A stretch of DNA of 47,457 nt from Candidatus Asbonarchaeum danakilense (GTDB taxonomy: Archaea > Nanohalarchaeota > Nanosalinia > Nanosalinales > Nanoanaerosalinaceae), in assembly GCA_034190465.1 (NCBI GenBank), contig JAXINV010000060.1:1-47457 (forward strand), in the 5' to 3' direction. A program made the position numbers and the translations under genes. Under the pieces are notes generated by a model. That model had not been told where the DNA came from. It saw nothing but the letters and a program-made list of their open reading frames with translations, and made no database searches. Shown here piece after piece: positions 7,542 through 16,911 of this stretch. Each line of letters begins with the position of its first letter. The stretch's first letter is position 1.

Positions 7542-8876
7542 CTATCCCAGCCTGTCCTGTTCCCGTTCGAGGATTTCTCTGAGGGTTATGTTCCTTTCCT
7601 CCAGGTTGTACTGTACCCGGGCCACGGGTTTGTCGACGTCGAGGACGTTGCGAAGATCTGCAGGGGTACCAAGGATGACGGCGTCGCAGTCGACTTTGTT
7701 GATCGTCTCCTCGAGCTCTTTGATTTGCTCGTCGCCGTATCCCATCGCGGGGACGACTTTACCGAGGTGCGGGTACTCGCGGAATGTCTTTGCGATGGAG
7801 CCGACGGCCTGGTCGCGTGGATCGACGATCTCAGCGTCGTGCTTCTGCGCGGCGACGGTCCCGGCGCCGTACGAGGTTCCGCCGTGTGTCAGTGTTGGAC
7901 CGTCCTCGACGACGAGAACGCGCCTGCCCTCAATCAGATCCGGCTTGTCGACCTGGACGACGGAGTCGGCGTGGATGATCTCCGCGTCTGGGTTATAGTC
8001 CTCGACGTTCTGTTCGATGATCTCGATGCTCTTCTCCGAAGCGGTGTTCTCCTTGTTGATGATGACGTAGTCCGCGAGACGGAGATTAGCCTCGCCAGGG
8101 TGGTACTCGATCTCGTGGCCGGCCCGGTGCGGGTCGGTGAGGACGAAGTGGAGGTCTGGTCTGAAGAACGGCAGTTCGTTGTTGCCTCCGTCCCAGAGGA
8201 TGACGTCGGCCTCCTTCTGTGCCTGTTCAAGTACTTTCTGGTAGTCGACGCCGGAGTAGACGATGTGCCCTTCCTCGATGTGCTGCTCGTATTCTTCCCG
8301 CTCCTCGATGGTGGCGTCGTGCTTGTCGAGGTCGTCCAGGTCTTCGAACCGCATGACCACCTGTTCCTCCAGGTCGCCGTAGGGCATCGGCTCCCGGACG
8401 ATGACGACATCATAGCCCATGTCCTTGAGGTGGCTGGCGGTCTTCCGTGCGGTCTGGCTCTTCCCACAGCCGGTTCTGACGGCGTCGACCGCGACGACGG
8501 GGGCATCTGCCTCCAGCATGACGTTGTCGCCACCGATAAGCATGAAGTCGGGGCCGTTGGCGATGCTCCGCGAGGCCTGGTGCATGACGTGGTCATGGGA
8601 GACGTCAGAATAGCTGAGAACAATTCGATCGACGTCCTTCTCCTCGATGACCTGCTCCAGCTCGGCCTCGGGGACGATGGGGACACCGTCGTCGTAGCCT
8701 TCGCCGGCCAGTTTCGAGGGATAGACCCGTTGCTTGTCGTCGTCGAGCTCGCCGAGGTTCTGCCCCGGCAGCATCGTAAAGGCGACGACCTCGTAGTCGT
8801 CGTTGCCCCTGAAGTATGTGTTAAAGTCGTGGAAGTCTCGTCCTGCTGCGCCCATGATGACGACGTTCTCTGTCAT
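7542..8876 (-). CDS. Arginine synthetase ArcE-like protein (often annotated as cyclic 2,3-diphosphoglycerate synthetase-like or 'predicted GTPase')
   Basis: GAAGRDFH, AVRTGCGKSQT P-loop, PMPYGDL, TIEEREEYE, WDGGNN, EDGPTLTHGG, PAMGY; resembles, from recall, the Thermococcus ArcE family. Confidence 0.8.
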   Translation of the reverse strand: MTENVVIMGAAGRDFHDFNTYFRGNDDYEVVAFTMLPGQNLGELDDDKQRVYPSKLAGEGYDDGVPIVPEAELEQVIEEKDVDRIVLSYSDVSHDHVMHQASRSIANGPDFMLIGGDNVMLEADAPVVAVDAVRTGCGKSQTARKTASHLKDMGYDVVIVREPMPYGDLEEQVVMRFEDLDDLDKHDATIEEREEYEQHIEEGHIVYSGVDYQKVLEQAQKEADVILWDGGNNELPFFRPDLHFVLTDPHRAGHEIEYHPGEANLRLADYVIINKENTASEKSIEIIEQNVEDYNPDAEIIHADSVVQVDKPDLIEGRRVLVVEDGPTLTHGGTSYGAGTVAAQKHDAEIVDPRDQAVGSIAKTFREYPHLGKVVPAMGYGDEQIKELEETINKVDCDAVILGTPADLRNVLDVDKPVARVQYNLEERNITLREILEREQDRLG

Positions 8877-8975
8877 GCTACCACCATGCGGTATTTGGAG
8901 CGGCGGCCATTAATAGCTTGGTGCGCGGCGGCTGCGCCAACTCATAAAAGCCAGCCGCGCCAATATCTGGCTGTC

Positions 8976-9806
8976 ATGAAGGTCGAGGATGCGCGGGGCG
9001 GTATGCAGGAGTACAGTCCGGACAAGATCATCGATGCGGCGGTCCGTTCTGGTTTTGAACGTTCTGTGGCGGAAGAGATTGAGGACGCGGTCGAGGGCCG
9101 TGCCTGGGACGGGATAACGACGAAGAAGCTGCACGGCATCGTCTTCGATGAGATGGAGGAAAGGGATGAGTCGTACGCGATCCGGTATCGGCTCCGTGAT
9201 GCGATCGCGTCGCTGAACCCGGACTATCACGAGTTCGAGAAGTATGTGGTCCGTATCTTGGAGATGGACGGCATCGACGCCCAGTGGTCTCCACGGCCGA
9301 AGCCACAGGGAGAGTGCATCGACCATGAGATTGATGTTGTTGCGGAGACTGATGATGCGACGTATGCGGTTGAGTGCAAGCACCATTTCCATCACCACCG
9401 TTTTACAGGGCTGGATGTGCCGATGCGGCAGTGGGCGCGACTGGAGGATCTCCGGCGCGGCCACAGGCAAGGGGTGGAGAACTCGCTGGACGTGGACGGG
9501 GCATGGGTGGTGGTGAACACGAAGCTTTCCGACCATGCGAAGGAGTACGCGGAGTGCCGTGACGTGCGGATGACGGCGTGGAAGTATCCGGAGGGGGAGG
9601 GGCTGGACGCGATGGTGGAGCGGCATCAGGCCTACCCGGTGACGATCCTGGACCTGCCGCCGCACGTGAAGAAGGAGCTCTCGAAGCGCAATATCCTCAC
9701 GATTCAGGGTTTGATCGGGCTCGACGAGGAGGAGGAACAGGATCTCGGGCTGGAGGAGAAGGTGGTCGACGATATCCAGCGGCAGGCCCGAGACCTGCTT
9801 GATTAA
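8976..9806 (+). CDS. ATP-cone domain fused to an Mrr-like PD-(D/E)xK endonuclease domain
   Basis: N-terminal ATP-cone-like segment (VED..G..QEYSPDKI...GITTKKL), then FEKYV, HEIDVVA, AVECKHH; start at MKVED within the 7725-9806 ORF. Confidence 0.8.
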   Translation: MKVEDARGGMQEYSPDKIIDAAVRSGFERSVAEEIEDAVEGRAWDGITTKKLHGIVFDEMEERDESYAIRYRLRDAIASLNPDYHEFEKYVVRILEMDGIDAQWSPRPKPQGECIDHEIDVVAETDDATYAVECKHHFHHHRFTGLDVPMRQWARLEDLRRGHRQGVENSLDVDGAWVVVNTKLSDHAKEYAECRDVRMTAWKYPEGEGLDAMVERHQAYPVTILDLPPHVKKELSKRNILTIQGLIGLDEEEEQDLGLEEKVVDDIQRQARDLLD

Positions 9807-12607
9807 CGCTTCAGCTTGAAGCCCTTGACCAGGTCGCCGCCGCCCTGGACGACCTCTGCCTGTTCCTTGACCTCTGCCTCCAGGTCGTGGTCGGAGTCCT
9901 CGCCACGGGAGGCGATGACGGCGTTTTCACCTGTCAGGATGACCGCTTTGTCGCTGTCCTGCCCGGTGACGTGCTGGGCGATGCTGATCAAGGTGCCGAC
10001 GTCGTCGATACCGATCTCGTCCCGGACGACCTGGTCATCTGATTTGAGGAGTTCCTCCTTGATCTGGTCCTCGATCATGTCCTCCAGCCGTTCGATGTCT
10101 TTCTTCTGCTGCTTCCATTGCTGGAACAGTTCCTTGGGGTCGTGTGGCCGGTCGTCGTACTCGTGGTCGACCGGTTTCTCCACTTTGCCTTCGAGATCCC
10201 AGATCTCGTGTTTCTGCTCCTCCCATTCGTCGACGAACCGCTCGATGACGCCGGGCAGGTCGGCAACGTCGACGTCGAAGATCGCGGCGATCTCGTCCAA
10301 GTCCCGGTTGACGTCGATCCACGTCTCCAGCTCCTCGCGGAGCTCGGCGCGGAAGTCCCGCCAGTCCCGCGCGGCCTCGCCTGCCTTGAACTCGAGCCGG
10401 ACGACGCCGTCTTGCACGTTCTTGGTGCCGATCAGGACGACCTCCTCAATCTCGCTGGTGTTGTCGACGTGGGTGCCGCCGCAGGCCTCGACGTCAAGGT
10501 CGTCGCCGACCCTGACGACCCGTAGTTCGTTGCCGGGCGGGACGCCTCCCTGGTACAGCCGGAAGCCGTACTCCTGCTCCGCGTCGGACTTGTCCATGAC
10601 TTCTTTCTCGACGGGCAGGCCCTCCTCGATCCACTGGTTGGCCAGGTCCTGGATCTGCTGGAGCTCGTCGTCGGTGACGGATCGGTAGTGGGTGATGTCG
10701 AGCCGACCCTTGTCCTCGGTCTTCTTGGCTCCTGCCTGCCAGACATGGTTGCCGAGTACCTGCTTTGCCGCCCCGTTGACGAGGTGGGTTGCTGAGTGGT
10801 GCTGCATGAGCTGCTTTCTCCGCTCCCAGTCGATCGATCCGTGTATTTCGTCGCCCACTTCGATGTCTCCGTCTTCCAGTTCGTGGAGGATGACGCCCTC
10901 CTGCTTGAAGACGTCGGTGACCTGGTGGCCGCCGAGCTCGCCCTCGTCGTGGAGCTGGCCGCCGCTGGTCGGGTAGAAGCAGGTCCGGTCCAGGACGACG
11001 TAGGTCGTCCTGTCGCGCTGGAACGTTGCGAGGACCTCGGCGTCGAACTCGGTCTGTGTCTCGTCCTGCCTGAACAGGAACTCGGTGCCGGGCAGGTTGC
11101 CGATGTCGAACTCGTCGTCCTTCTCGGTGGCGTGCTCCTGCTCCGTGTCGTGCCGCTCCGCGACCTTGGCGTAGAAGTCGTTCGGGGTATCGATAGCGAA
11201 GCCGAGCCGCTGCAGCATCTCGGGCGAGATGCCGTGGGAGTCGTACAGTTCGACGAGCTTCTGCTCGGTGAGGTCGTCGTCGGAGAGGCCTTCGACCTCG
11301 CGCTCGGCCTGCTCCCGCATCTTGTCGTACTGCTCCCTCTCGTGCCGGATGATGCGCTGCGCCTGTTCGAGGTTCTCCGCCAGTTCGGGGAAGACGCCCT
11401 GCATCTCGTCGGCGTGCCAGGCCATGACCTCTGCCAGGTCGATGTCCCAGTCGTACCGGTCGATGAAGTCCATGCACCGCCGTGCGATGACCCGCAGGGA
11501 GTGCTTCTCGCCGGTGTTGGAAGGGAGCATGCCGTCGACGAAGGCGATGAGGAGCGTCCGCGTGTGGTCGGCGATGGAGTACAGCGCGGCGGCGGGTTTG
11601 ACCTCGTCTTTTAGCCGCTCTTTGTCGACGCCGATCTCGTCGGCGATGTGCTGCCAGGTTTCCTCGATGTCGTCGACCTCGTCCATGTTCAGCAGGCCGG
11701 AGTGCGGCAGGAACTTCCGCCAGATGTCTTTGTCGGGCTTGACACCTGTCGCGTCGTACAGCTTCTCGACGACCTGTTCCATGTTGGCCTCGTAGCTGGT
11801 CTCGCTGCCGTGCGTGATCCAGACGATCCGCTCATGCCCCATGCCCATGTCGAGGACCTTGGTGCTTTCGAGCTCGCTGTAGCCCTGTTCCGCGTCGGGG
11901 TCGACCCTGTACAGCATGTAGACCTGGTTGAAGAGTTCCAGGCCGTCGACGAAGAACTCCATGCAGGCGCCGAGGTTGCCGCCCCCGCCCCAGGAGTCCT
12001 CGTGCAGGATGATCTTGTCCTCAGGGAGCTCCATGCCGTCGGTGATCCAGGCGAGCATGTCCTCGAAGTACCGATTCTGCTCGTACTCGTCGGGCGCGGT
12101 GAAGGCGTGCTGCCCGGTCATGATGAAGCCGGTGTAGTGCCGACCGGTGATGCCGACGTTGTCGATGTCGTTGAACCTGACGCAGAACTGCGGGACGACG
12201 AGCGGGTTGGCGGGCGGGTCGACCTCGCCGGAGACGACGTACGGCTGGAAGTCGTAGATGGAGGCCCGGACGAAGTCGGTGTCGTCACGCCACCGGGCGG
12301 CGACCGGGTACCGCTGGATCGGGGTGTAGCCACGGTCGTCCATGAATTCACTGAACTCCTGCCAGGCTGAGGTGAAGTCGAACGTCTTCTCGGTCGGCGG
12401 GTCGTTGATGAAGGTGTAGCCGTCGGCGCAGGCGGGTTCGCCGCAGACTTGTCTGTCTTCGTCCTGCGCCCAGAAGTATTTGCCGCAGTTGTCGCACTGG
12501 CCTCGTGTGAAGCCGTGCTGCTTGATCTTCTCGACGGCGAAGAACTGCTCAGGTTTGTCGGACGCCTGGTCCTCGATGCGGTCCTTCAGTTCCTCCAGCG
12601 AGGGCAT
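9803..12607 (-). CDS. alaS: Alanyl-tRNA synthetase (archaeal type)
   Basis: YPVAARWRDD, ASIYDFQP, PPANPLVVPQFCVRFNDIDNVGITGRH; editing motifs QHHSATH and EACGGTH. Confidence 0.97.
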   Translation of the reverse strand: MPSLEELKDRIEDQASDKPEQFFAVEKIKQHGFTRGQCDNCGKYFWAQDEDRQVCGEPACADGYTFINDPPTEKTFDFTSAWQEFSEFMDDRGYTPIQRYPVAARWRDDTDFVRASIYDFQPYVVSGEVDPPANPLVVPQFCVRFNDIDNVGITGRHYTGFIMTGQHAFTAPDEYEQNRYFEDMLAWITDGMELPEDKIILHEDSWGGGGNLGACMEFFVDGLELFNQVYMLYRVDPDAEQGYSELESTKVLDMGMGHERIVWITHGSETSYEANMEQVVEKLYDATGVKPDKDIWRKFLPHSGLLNMDEVDDIEETWQHIADEIGVDKERLKDEVKPAAALYSIADHTRTLLIAFVDGMLPSNTGEKHSLRVIARRCMDFIDRYDWDIDLAEVMAWHADEMQGVFPELAENLEQAQRIIRHEREQYDKMREQAEREVEGLSDDDLTEQKLVELYDSHGISPEMLQRLGFAIDTPNDFYAKVAERHDTEQEHATEKDDEFDIGNLPGTEFLFRQDETQTEFDAEVLATFQRDRTTYVVLDRTCFYPTSGGQLHDEGELGGHQVTDVFKQEGVILHELEDGDIEVGDEIHGSIDWERRKQLMQHHSATHLVNGAAKQVLGNHVWQAGAKKTEDKGRLDITHYRSVTDDELQQIQDLANQWIEEGLPVEKEVMDKSDAEQEYGFRLYQGGVPPGNELRVVRVGDDLDVEACGGTHVDNTSEIEEVVLIGTKNVQDGVVRLEFKAGEAARDWRDFRAELREELETWIDVNRDLDEIAAIFDVDVADLPGVIERFVDEWEEQKHEIWDLEGKVEKPVDHEYDDRPHDPKELFQQWKQQKKDIERLEDMIEDQIKEELLKSDDQVVRDEIGIDDVGTLISIAQHVTGQDSDKAVILTGENAVIASRGEDSDHDLEAEVKEQAEVVQGGGDLVKGFKLKR

Positions 12608-12649
12608 GCCGGGTCTTTCGTCAGCAAGGTTTAAGTTCCTGCGGGGCGG

Positions 12650-13765
12650 TCAGTCCTGGGCGTCACCCTCTCCGGTGAACAGCGGCTCCAGGCCCTGATC
12701 GAGAGCGAGATGGTCGTACACGGGCTCGTGGAGTCCGTCGATGTTGTCGAGCTTCCCTGCCGTCACGTCTTCAAGCGGTATCTTGCCACGTAGCAGCTTC
12801 CGCAGGTCGCCGCCCTGTTCCACGTAGTCCTTGACCTCCCTGTAGCCCTGCAGGTAGATGTGGTCCTTCGCGAACCCGCCGCCCCGGTAGCCCCGCGCGG
12901 TGTACTGGAACGCCCGGTCTTCGTCGATTCTGTAGTCTTCGTGCAGCTCTTGGAATGTCTCGTCGAAGCTCTTCCCCTCTTGGACGTTGTTCGTGACGAT
13001 GACCCGTGCGGCGTACTTCCGCATCTCTCGCCGGTCCTGGTAACCGGTCGCCTCCTCGAGGAAGGTTGCGAGGCCTTCCTCTGTGTCTTGGTAGCCTGCG
13101 ATTCCGATTCCGAAAATTTCGTAGTCCTGCGCGTAACCGTTCGCTGACCTGACGGCGTGCAGCATCTCGTGGACGGCGAGCCGGATCGGTTCGATCGTGC
13201 CGAAGTCCCGGTCCTCGGGGACGTTGATGGTCTTGTCGGCTGGTGAGACTGAGACGGTGGTGGTGTCGGTGTACCTGGTCTCCCAGTCCGTGAGCTCCAT
13301 CCGCTCCAGGGCCGATTCGAACGTCTCTCTGGCGTCTTCAGCGCTGACGGGGGTCCGTTCATGGTCGTCAGGTTCGTGATCCTCCAGGAGCCGTCTGGCG
13401 TGGTCGAGGAGTTCGTCGCTCGGCTCGCCGTAGATCTCTCTGGCCCGGTCCCGGACGGTGCCGGGCTCGCCACGGTGTCGCACAAGCTCGTTCTTCGCCT
13501 TGAGTTCCTGGATCGTCCGCTGGTACAGGTCGCCGACCGGGCCGTCCGGCACCTCGACGGCCTCCAGCCGTTGCTCCATCCGCTCTGGGTCGTACTGCAG
13601 GTCATCGTAGTCGAAGTCTGGTTCGTCAGTCTCTCCGTTGAGGAACCGTTGTTTCTCCCGTTCAAAGCTTTCGCTTGTCGGGGTGACGTGTGCAAGAAGG
13701 TCGATCGTGCTGCTGCAGTCCTTGATCAGGCGGTCGAGCCGCGCCCAGATGCTGCCGTCGGTCAT
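12650..13765 (-). CDS. DUF1704 / MATCAP-like gluzincin metallopeptidase (Tyr/Phe carboxypeptidase-like domain)
   Basis: VHEMLH..R..NG..Q, TEEGLA, R.YRGGGFAKDHIYLQGY, L..GKI. Confidence 0.8.
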   Translation of the reverse strand: MTDGSIWARLDRLIKDCSSTIDLLAHVTPTSESFEREKQRFLNGETDEPDFDYDDLQYDPERMEQRLEAVEVPDGPVGDLYQRTIQELKAKNELVRHRGEPGTVRDRAREIYGEPSDELLDHARRLLEDHEPDDHERTPVSAEDARETFESALERMELTDWETRYTDTTTVSVSPADKTINVPEDRDFGTIEPIRLAVHEMLHAVRSANGYAQDYEIFGIGIAGYQDTEEGLATFLEEATGYQDRREMRKYAARVIVTNNVQEGKSFDETFQELHEDYRIDEDRAFQYTARGYRGGGFAKDHIYLQGYREVKDYVEQGGDLRKLLRGKIPLEDVTAGKLDNIDGLHEPVYDHLALDQGLEPLFTGEGDAQD

Positions 13766-13808
13766 ACGTTCAAACAGGCGCGAAATACAGGCTTAAAAGT
13801 CCGGGGGC

Positions 13809-13833
13809 GGAGGAAGAAAAAGAAGAGGAAAGG
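13809..13833 (-). terminator. Oligo-pyrimidine terminator after rpl12
   Basis: Minus strand reads CCTTTCCTCTTCTTTTTCTTCCTCC just after the rpl12 stop. Confidence 0.55.
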
Positions 13834-13845
13834 CGGGCTGGGACC

Positions 13846-14166
13846 TTAGAACAGGTCACCGAGCCCTTCTTCTGCGTCTTCGTCGCCTTCGTCCTCGTCG
13901 GCTTCTTCGGCTTCGTCAGCTTCCTCTTCAGCTTCTTCGTCTGCCTCGCTGCCGTCACCGCCTGACGGTGCGGGAGCAGCTGCGCCGCCTGCGACGGCGG
14001 TGTTCATCGCCTCGTCGATGTCGACGCCGTCAAGAGCGGCGACGAGCGACTTGACACGAGCGGAGTCGACGTCGACTCCAGCTGCTTCGAGGACACTGCT
14101 GACGTTTTCTTCGTTGACGTCTTTGCCTGCTGCGTGGAGCAGGAGGGCTGAGTGTACGTATTCCAT
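13846..14166 (-). CDS. rpl12: 50S ribosomal stalk protein aL12/P1
   Basis: MEYVHSALLLH, Ala-rich hinge, acidic tail ending GLGDLF. Confidence 0.97.
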   Translation of the reverse strand: MEYVHSALLLHAAGKDVNEENVSSVLEAAGVDVDSARVKSLVAALDGVDIDEAMNTAVAGGAAAPAPSGGDGSEADEEAEEEADEAEEADEDEGDEDAEEGLGDLF

Positions 14167-14198
14167 TGATGTTCACCTCCTTGTGATGTATGCGTGGT

Positions 14199-15125
14199 TT
14201 ACTCCTCCTCAGACCCGTCGTCCTCGGAGTCTTCGCTGTTTGTCTCGTCGTCCTCATCCCCGTCGTCGGCTTCGTCTGCCGCTTCGAGGTCGAGTTGTGA
14301 TTCGAGGGCCTGTGCCTCACCTGTGGCCTTCGCGAGGATGTCCTCGATGACCTCCTTCTCGGGCAGGGCTGCATTGACCGCGAGGTTGCGGACCTTGCGC
14401 AGCTCGTCCACGACGACAGATTCTGCTGTCTGCTCGGTGAGGTAGCCAGCGTTGACCGCCAGGTTGAACGCCTGGGATGCCGCGCCTTCGAGGTCCTGCC
14501 TGTACTGGTCCTCGTCGATGTCGAGGGCGTCCTTGCCGAGGATCTCGCCCTTCTCGTGGACCAGCTTGAGGTCGAGTCCGACCTCGAGCGGTTCCATGCC
14601 GAGCTGGTTGAGGATGTCGGCTGTTTCGTCGTCGATGACCTCGCCCTCCTCGACGGCGACGGCCTCCTGCATGACCTTGATGGAGCCGTCCTCGACGGAG
14701 GTCTGTGCGCCCAGCTGGTTGAGCTTGCCGATCATCGGTCCTGGGCCGATGCCGGTGTCGCCTTCTTCGATGACGACGTCGTTGGGCGCGATCTCGCCGC
14801 CTGAAGCGGCTGCGGAGGTCTTGTTCTCCTTGATGATGCTGTACAGCCGGAACGGGTTGGCGTCCGAGAAGATGAATGCTGGCTGGATTGCTTTGTTCTC
14901 CTTCAGTTCCTGGATGTTGTCCTTGTCGGACTGGTCGAGCGCGAGATACATGAGGCTCTTCCGCGCCATCCGGATGTCGGCGTCACCAGTCATCTCTTTC
15001 CGGATCTGCTGGAGCTGTTTCGCCGGCAGGGAGTGCATGTCGAGGATGCCGACGACCTGGCTCTCGTCGATCCGTTGCTGGAGGTCGTCGACGATCTGTT
15101 CCTTGTCTTCTCTGCTGAGCTTCAT
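14199..15125 (-). CDS. rpl10: 50S ribosomal protein uL10/P0
   Basis: LPAKQLQQIRK, NPFRLY, GEIAPNDV, TGIGPGP; operon context. Confidence 0.96.
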   Translation of the reverse strand: MKLSREDKEQIVDDLQQRIDESQVVGILDMHSLPAKQLQQIRKEMTGDADIRMARKSLMYLALDQSDKDNIQELKENKAIQPAFIFSDANPFRLYSIIKENKTSAAASGGEIAPNDVVIEEGDTGIGPGPMIGKLNQLGAQTSVEDGSIKVMQEAVAVEEGEVIDDETADILNQLGMEPLEVGLDLKLVHEKGEILGKDALDIDEDQYRQDLEGAASQAFNLAVNAGYLTEQTAESVVVDELRKVRNLAVNAALPEKEVIEDILAKATGEAQALESQLDLEAADEADDGDEDDETNSEDSEDDGSEEE

Positions 15126-15126
15126 C

Positions 15127-15756
15127 TTACTTCACCGCCACGACGGGGCCCATGGTGAGCTTGACGTAGATGTCCTTGATGTTGTGCTCACCGCGGGGCA
15201 TGTTGTCGGTGATGAGGTTTAGGATGGCGTCGGCGTTGGAGGCGAGTTCTTTCTCCTCCATCGCCTCGTGGCCTACCTTTGATTTGACAGAGGGCTGTTC
15301 CCGGACCTTGACGGAGACGGTCTTCCGTAGTTCCTCGATCCTGTCGGTCGGGTCGCTGCCTGGCGGCATCGGCTTCGGCATCTTGTTCCGCGGGCCCAGG
15401 ATGGGACCGAGGTGCTGGCCGATGTCCGGCATCAGCGGTGCCTCTGCGATGAAGAAGTCGACCTCTTCGGCGAGGTCCTTGGCCTCGTCCTGGTCGTCGA
15501 ACAGTTCCTCCAGTTCGTCGCCTGTAAGTGTGATGTCGGCGTTGTCGGCCTCTTTGACCAGTGTGTCACCGATCACGGCGACCGTGGTGTCCTCCGAGGC
15601 CTGGTACGGGAGGGTGATGTCCTCCGCGAACCGGTTCTCGGGGTTGTCCAGTTCGACGTTCTTCAGGTTGACGATGAGGTCGACCGACTGTGTGAAGTTA
15701 CGCGGATCGGCGGCCTCCTTGGCTTTCTTGATAGCGTCTGCCATGTCCATTGCCAT
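15127..15756 (-). CDS. rpl1: 50S ribosomal protein uL1
   Basis: RNFTQSVDLIVNLK, LGPILGPRNKMPKP, YVKLTMGP. Confidence 0.97.
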   Translation of the reverse strand: MAMDMADAIKKAKEAADPRNFTQSVDLIVNLKNVELDNPENRFAEDITLPYQASEDTTVAVIGDTLVKEADNADITLTGDELEELFDDQDEAKDLAEEVDFFIAEAPLMPDIGQHLGPILGPRNKMPKPMPPGSDPTDRIEELRKTVSVKVREQPSVKSKVGHEAMEEKELASNADAILNLITDNMPRGEHNIKDIYVKLTMGPVVAVK

Positions 15757-15759
15757 GTG

Positions 15760-16254
15760 TTATCCCTCCTCTGCGGCCGCGATCTGGTCATCGAACTCGC
15801 CGTCGTCGATGGCCTGCTGGACCTCGTAGGCGTCCCTGCCCTCGATGGTGACACCCATCGCTTGGCAGCTGCCGATGACTTCCTTGACCGCGCCACGCAG
15901 ATCGGTGGCGACGAGGTCAGGGAGCTTCATCTCCGCGACCTCGAGTGCGGTCTCGAAGTCCATGTCTGCGACCTTTGTGTTGTTCGGTTCGCCGCTGCCG
16001 GTGTCGATCCCCGTCTTCTCCTTGACGAGCTCTGCTGTCGGCGGTGTGCCGACCTCGATCTCGAACTCGCCGGTCTCGTCGTCGACGATGACGTCGACGG
16101 GGACCTCCATGCCGTCGTAGGCGGCGGTCTTTTCGTTTATCGCGCTGACAACTTCACCGATGTTGACCGGTGTCGGACCGAGCTGCGGCCCAAGGGGAGG
16201 CCCTGCGGATGCGTTGCCTCCGTCCACCAGTGCCGATATTGTCATTTCGCCCAT
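15760..16254 (-). CDS. rpl11: 50S ribosomal protein uL11
   Basis: GGNASAGPPLGPQLGP, INEKT, PPTAELV, KEVIGSC..MGV; SD AGGTGA upstream. Confidence 0.97.
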   Translation of the reverse strand: MGEMTISALVDGGNASAGPPLGPQLGPTPVNIGEVVSAINEKTAAYDGMEVPVDVIVDDETGEFEIEVGTPPTAELVKEKTGIDTGSGEPNNTKVADMDFETALEVAEMKLPDLVATDLRGAVKEVIGSCQAMGVTIEGRDAYEVQQAIDDGEFDDQIAAAEEG

Positions 16255-16268
16255 ATGCTGTATCACCT

Positions 16269-16706
16269 TCAGTCGTTGCTACGCTTCCGCAGCAGTTCCA
16301 CGCTGATCGTGACGGGGATTGGGACCGCTGCTTCGAGTAGCTTGATGGTTGCCTCCTGGTTTGATTCGTCGATACGATCGATCTCGGCCTCCTCGCCCTT
16401 GAACGGGCCGCCAGTGACCTCGACGGTGTCGCCGGCCTCGAGCTTGATCTCTTGCGGCTCCTCGGAGAGGAACTTCTCAAGGTCTTCGATCTCGACCTCG
16501 TCGTCGATGACGCCCTTGACGTGGCGGAGGCCGTTGGCCAGTTCCCGGATGTCGACCTCCTCGCCTTCGATGAAGACGTAGCCTTTGAGGTCGTGCGGGT
16601 ACAGGATGGCCTGTATCTCGTAGTCTTCGTTGTCGATCTGTGCCTTGAGGGAGTTGACAACAGTCTTCTCCCGTCCCCGTGTCGTCCTGAGTGTGAGTAT
16701 TGTCAT
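16269..16706 (-). CDS. spt5: Transcription elongation factor Spt5 (NusG)
   Basis: NGN domain (TTRGRE, LKGYVFIE) and KOW motif GDTVEVTGGPFKGE; VPIPVT. Confidence 0.96.
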   Translation of the reverse strand: MTILTLRTTRGREKTVVNSLKAQIDNEDYEIQAILYPHDLKGYVFIEGEEVDIRELANGLRHVKGVIDDEVEIEDLEKFLSEEPQEIKLEAGDTVEVTGGPFKGEEAEIDRIDESNQEATIKLLEAAVPIPVTISVELLRKRSND

Positions 16707-16722
16707 TGTTCCGCCTCCATGG

Positions 16723-16899
16723 TCAGAGCGCCAAGGTGCCGATGAGGTAGATCACGAAGCCGATGAGACCGATCAACAGGATGCCGAGCCCTGTGATCTT
16801 GGCCGACATCAGGAATTCTTCCCTGTCGGGCTTTTTTGTGATCTTGAGCACGCGGATGTACTGCTTCAGTTCGGACCGTAGCCTGCTGATGATGTTCAT
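16723..16899 (-). CDS. secE: Protein translocase SecE / Sec61-gamma
   Basis: YIRVLKITKKPDREEF...GLGILLIGLIGFVI; SD AGGTG upstream. Confidence 0.95.
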   Translation of the reverse strand: MNIISRLRSELKQYIRVLKITKKPDREEFLMSAKITGLGILLIGLIGFVIYLIGTLAL

Positions 16900-16911
16900 A
16901 GCGTGCACCTT

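Noticed and set aside
7725..8975. Long N-terminal extension of the ATP-cone nuclease ORF (693 aa)
   Set aside because: Antisense shadow of the ArcE-like gene, typical of high-GC3 DNA.
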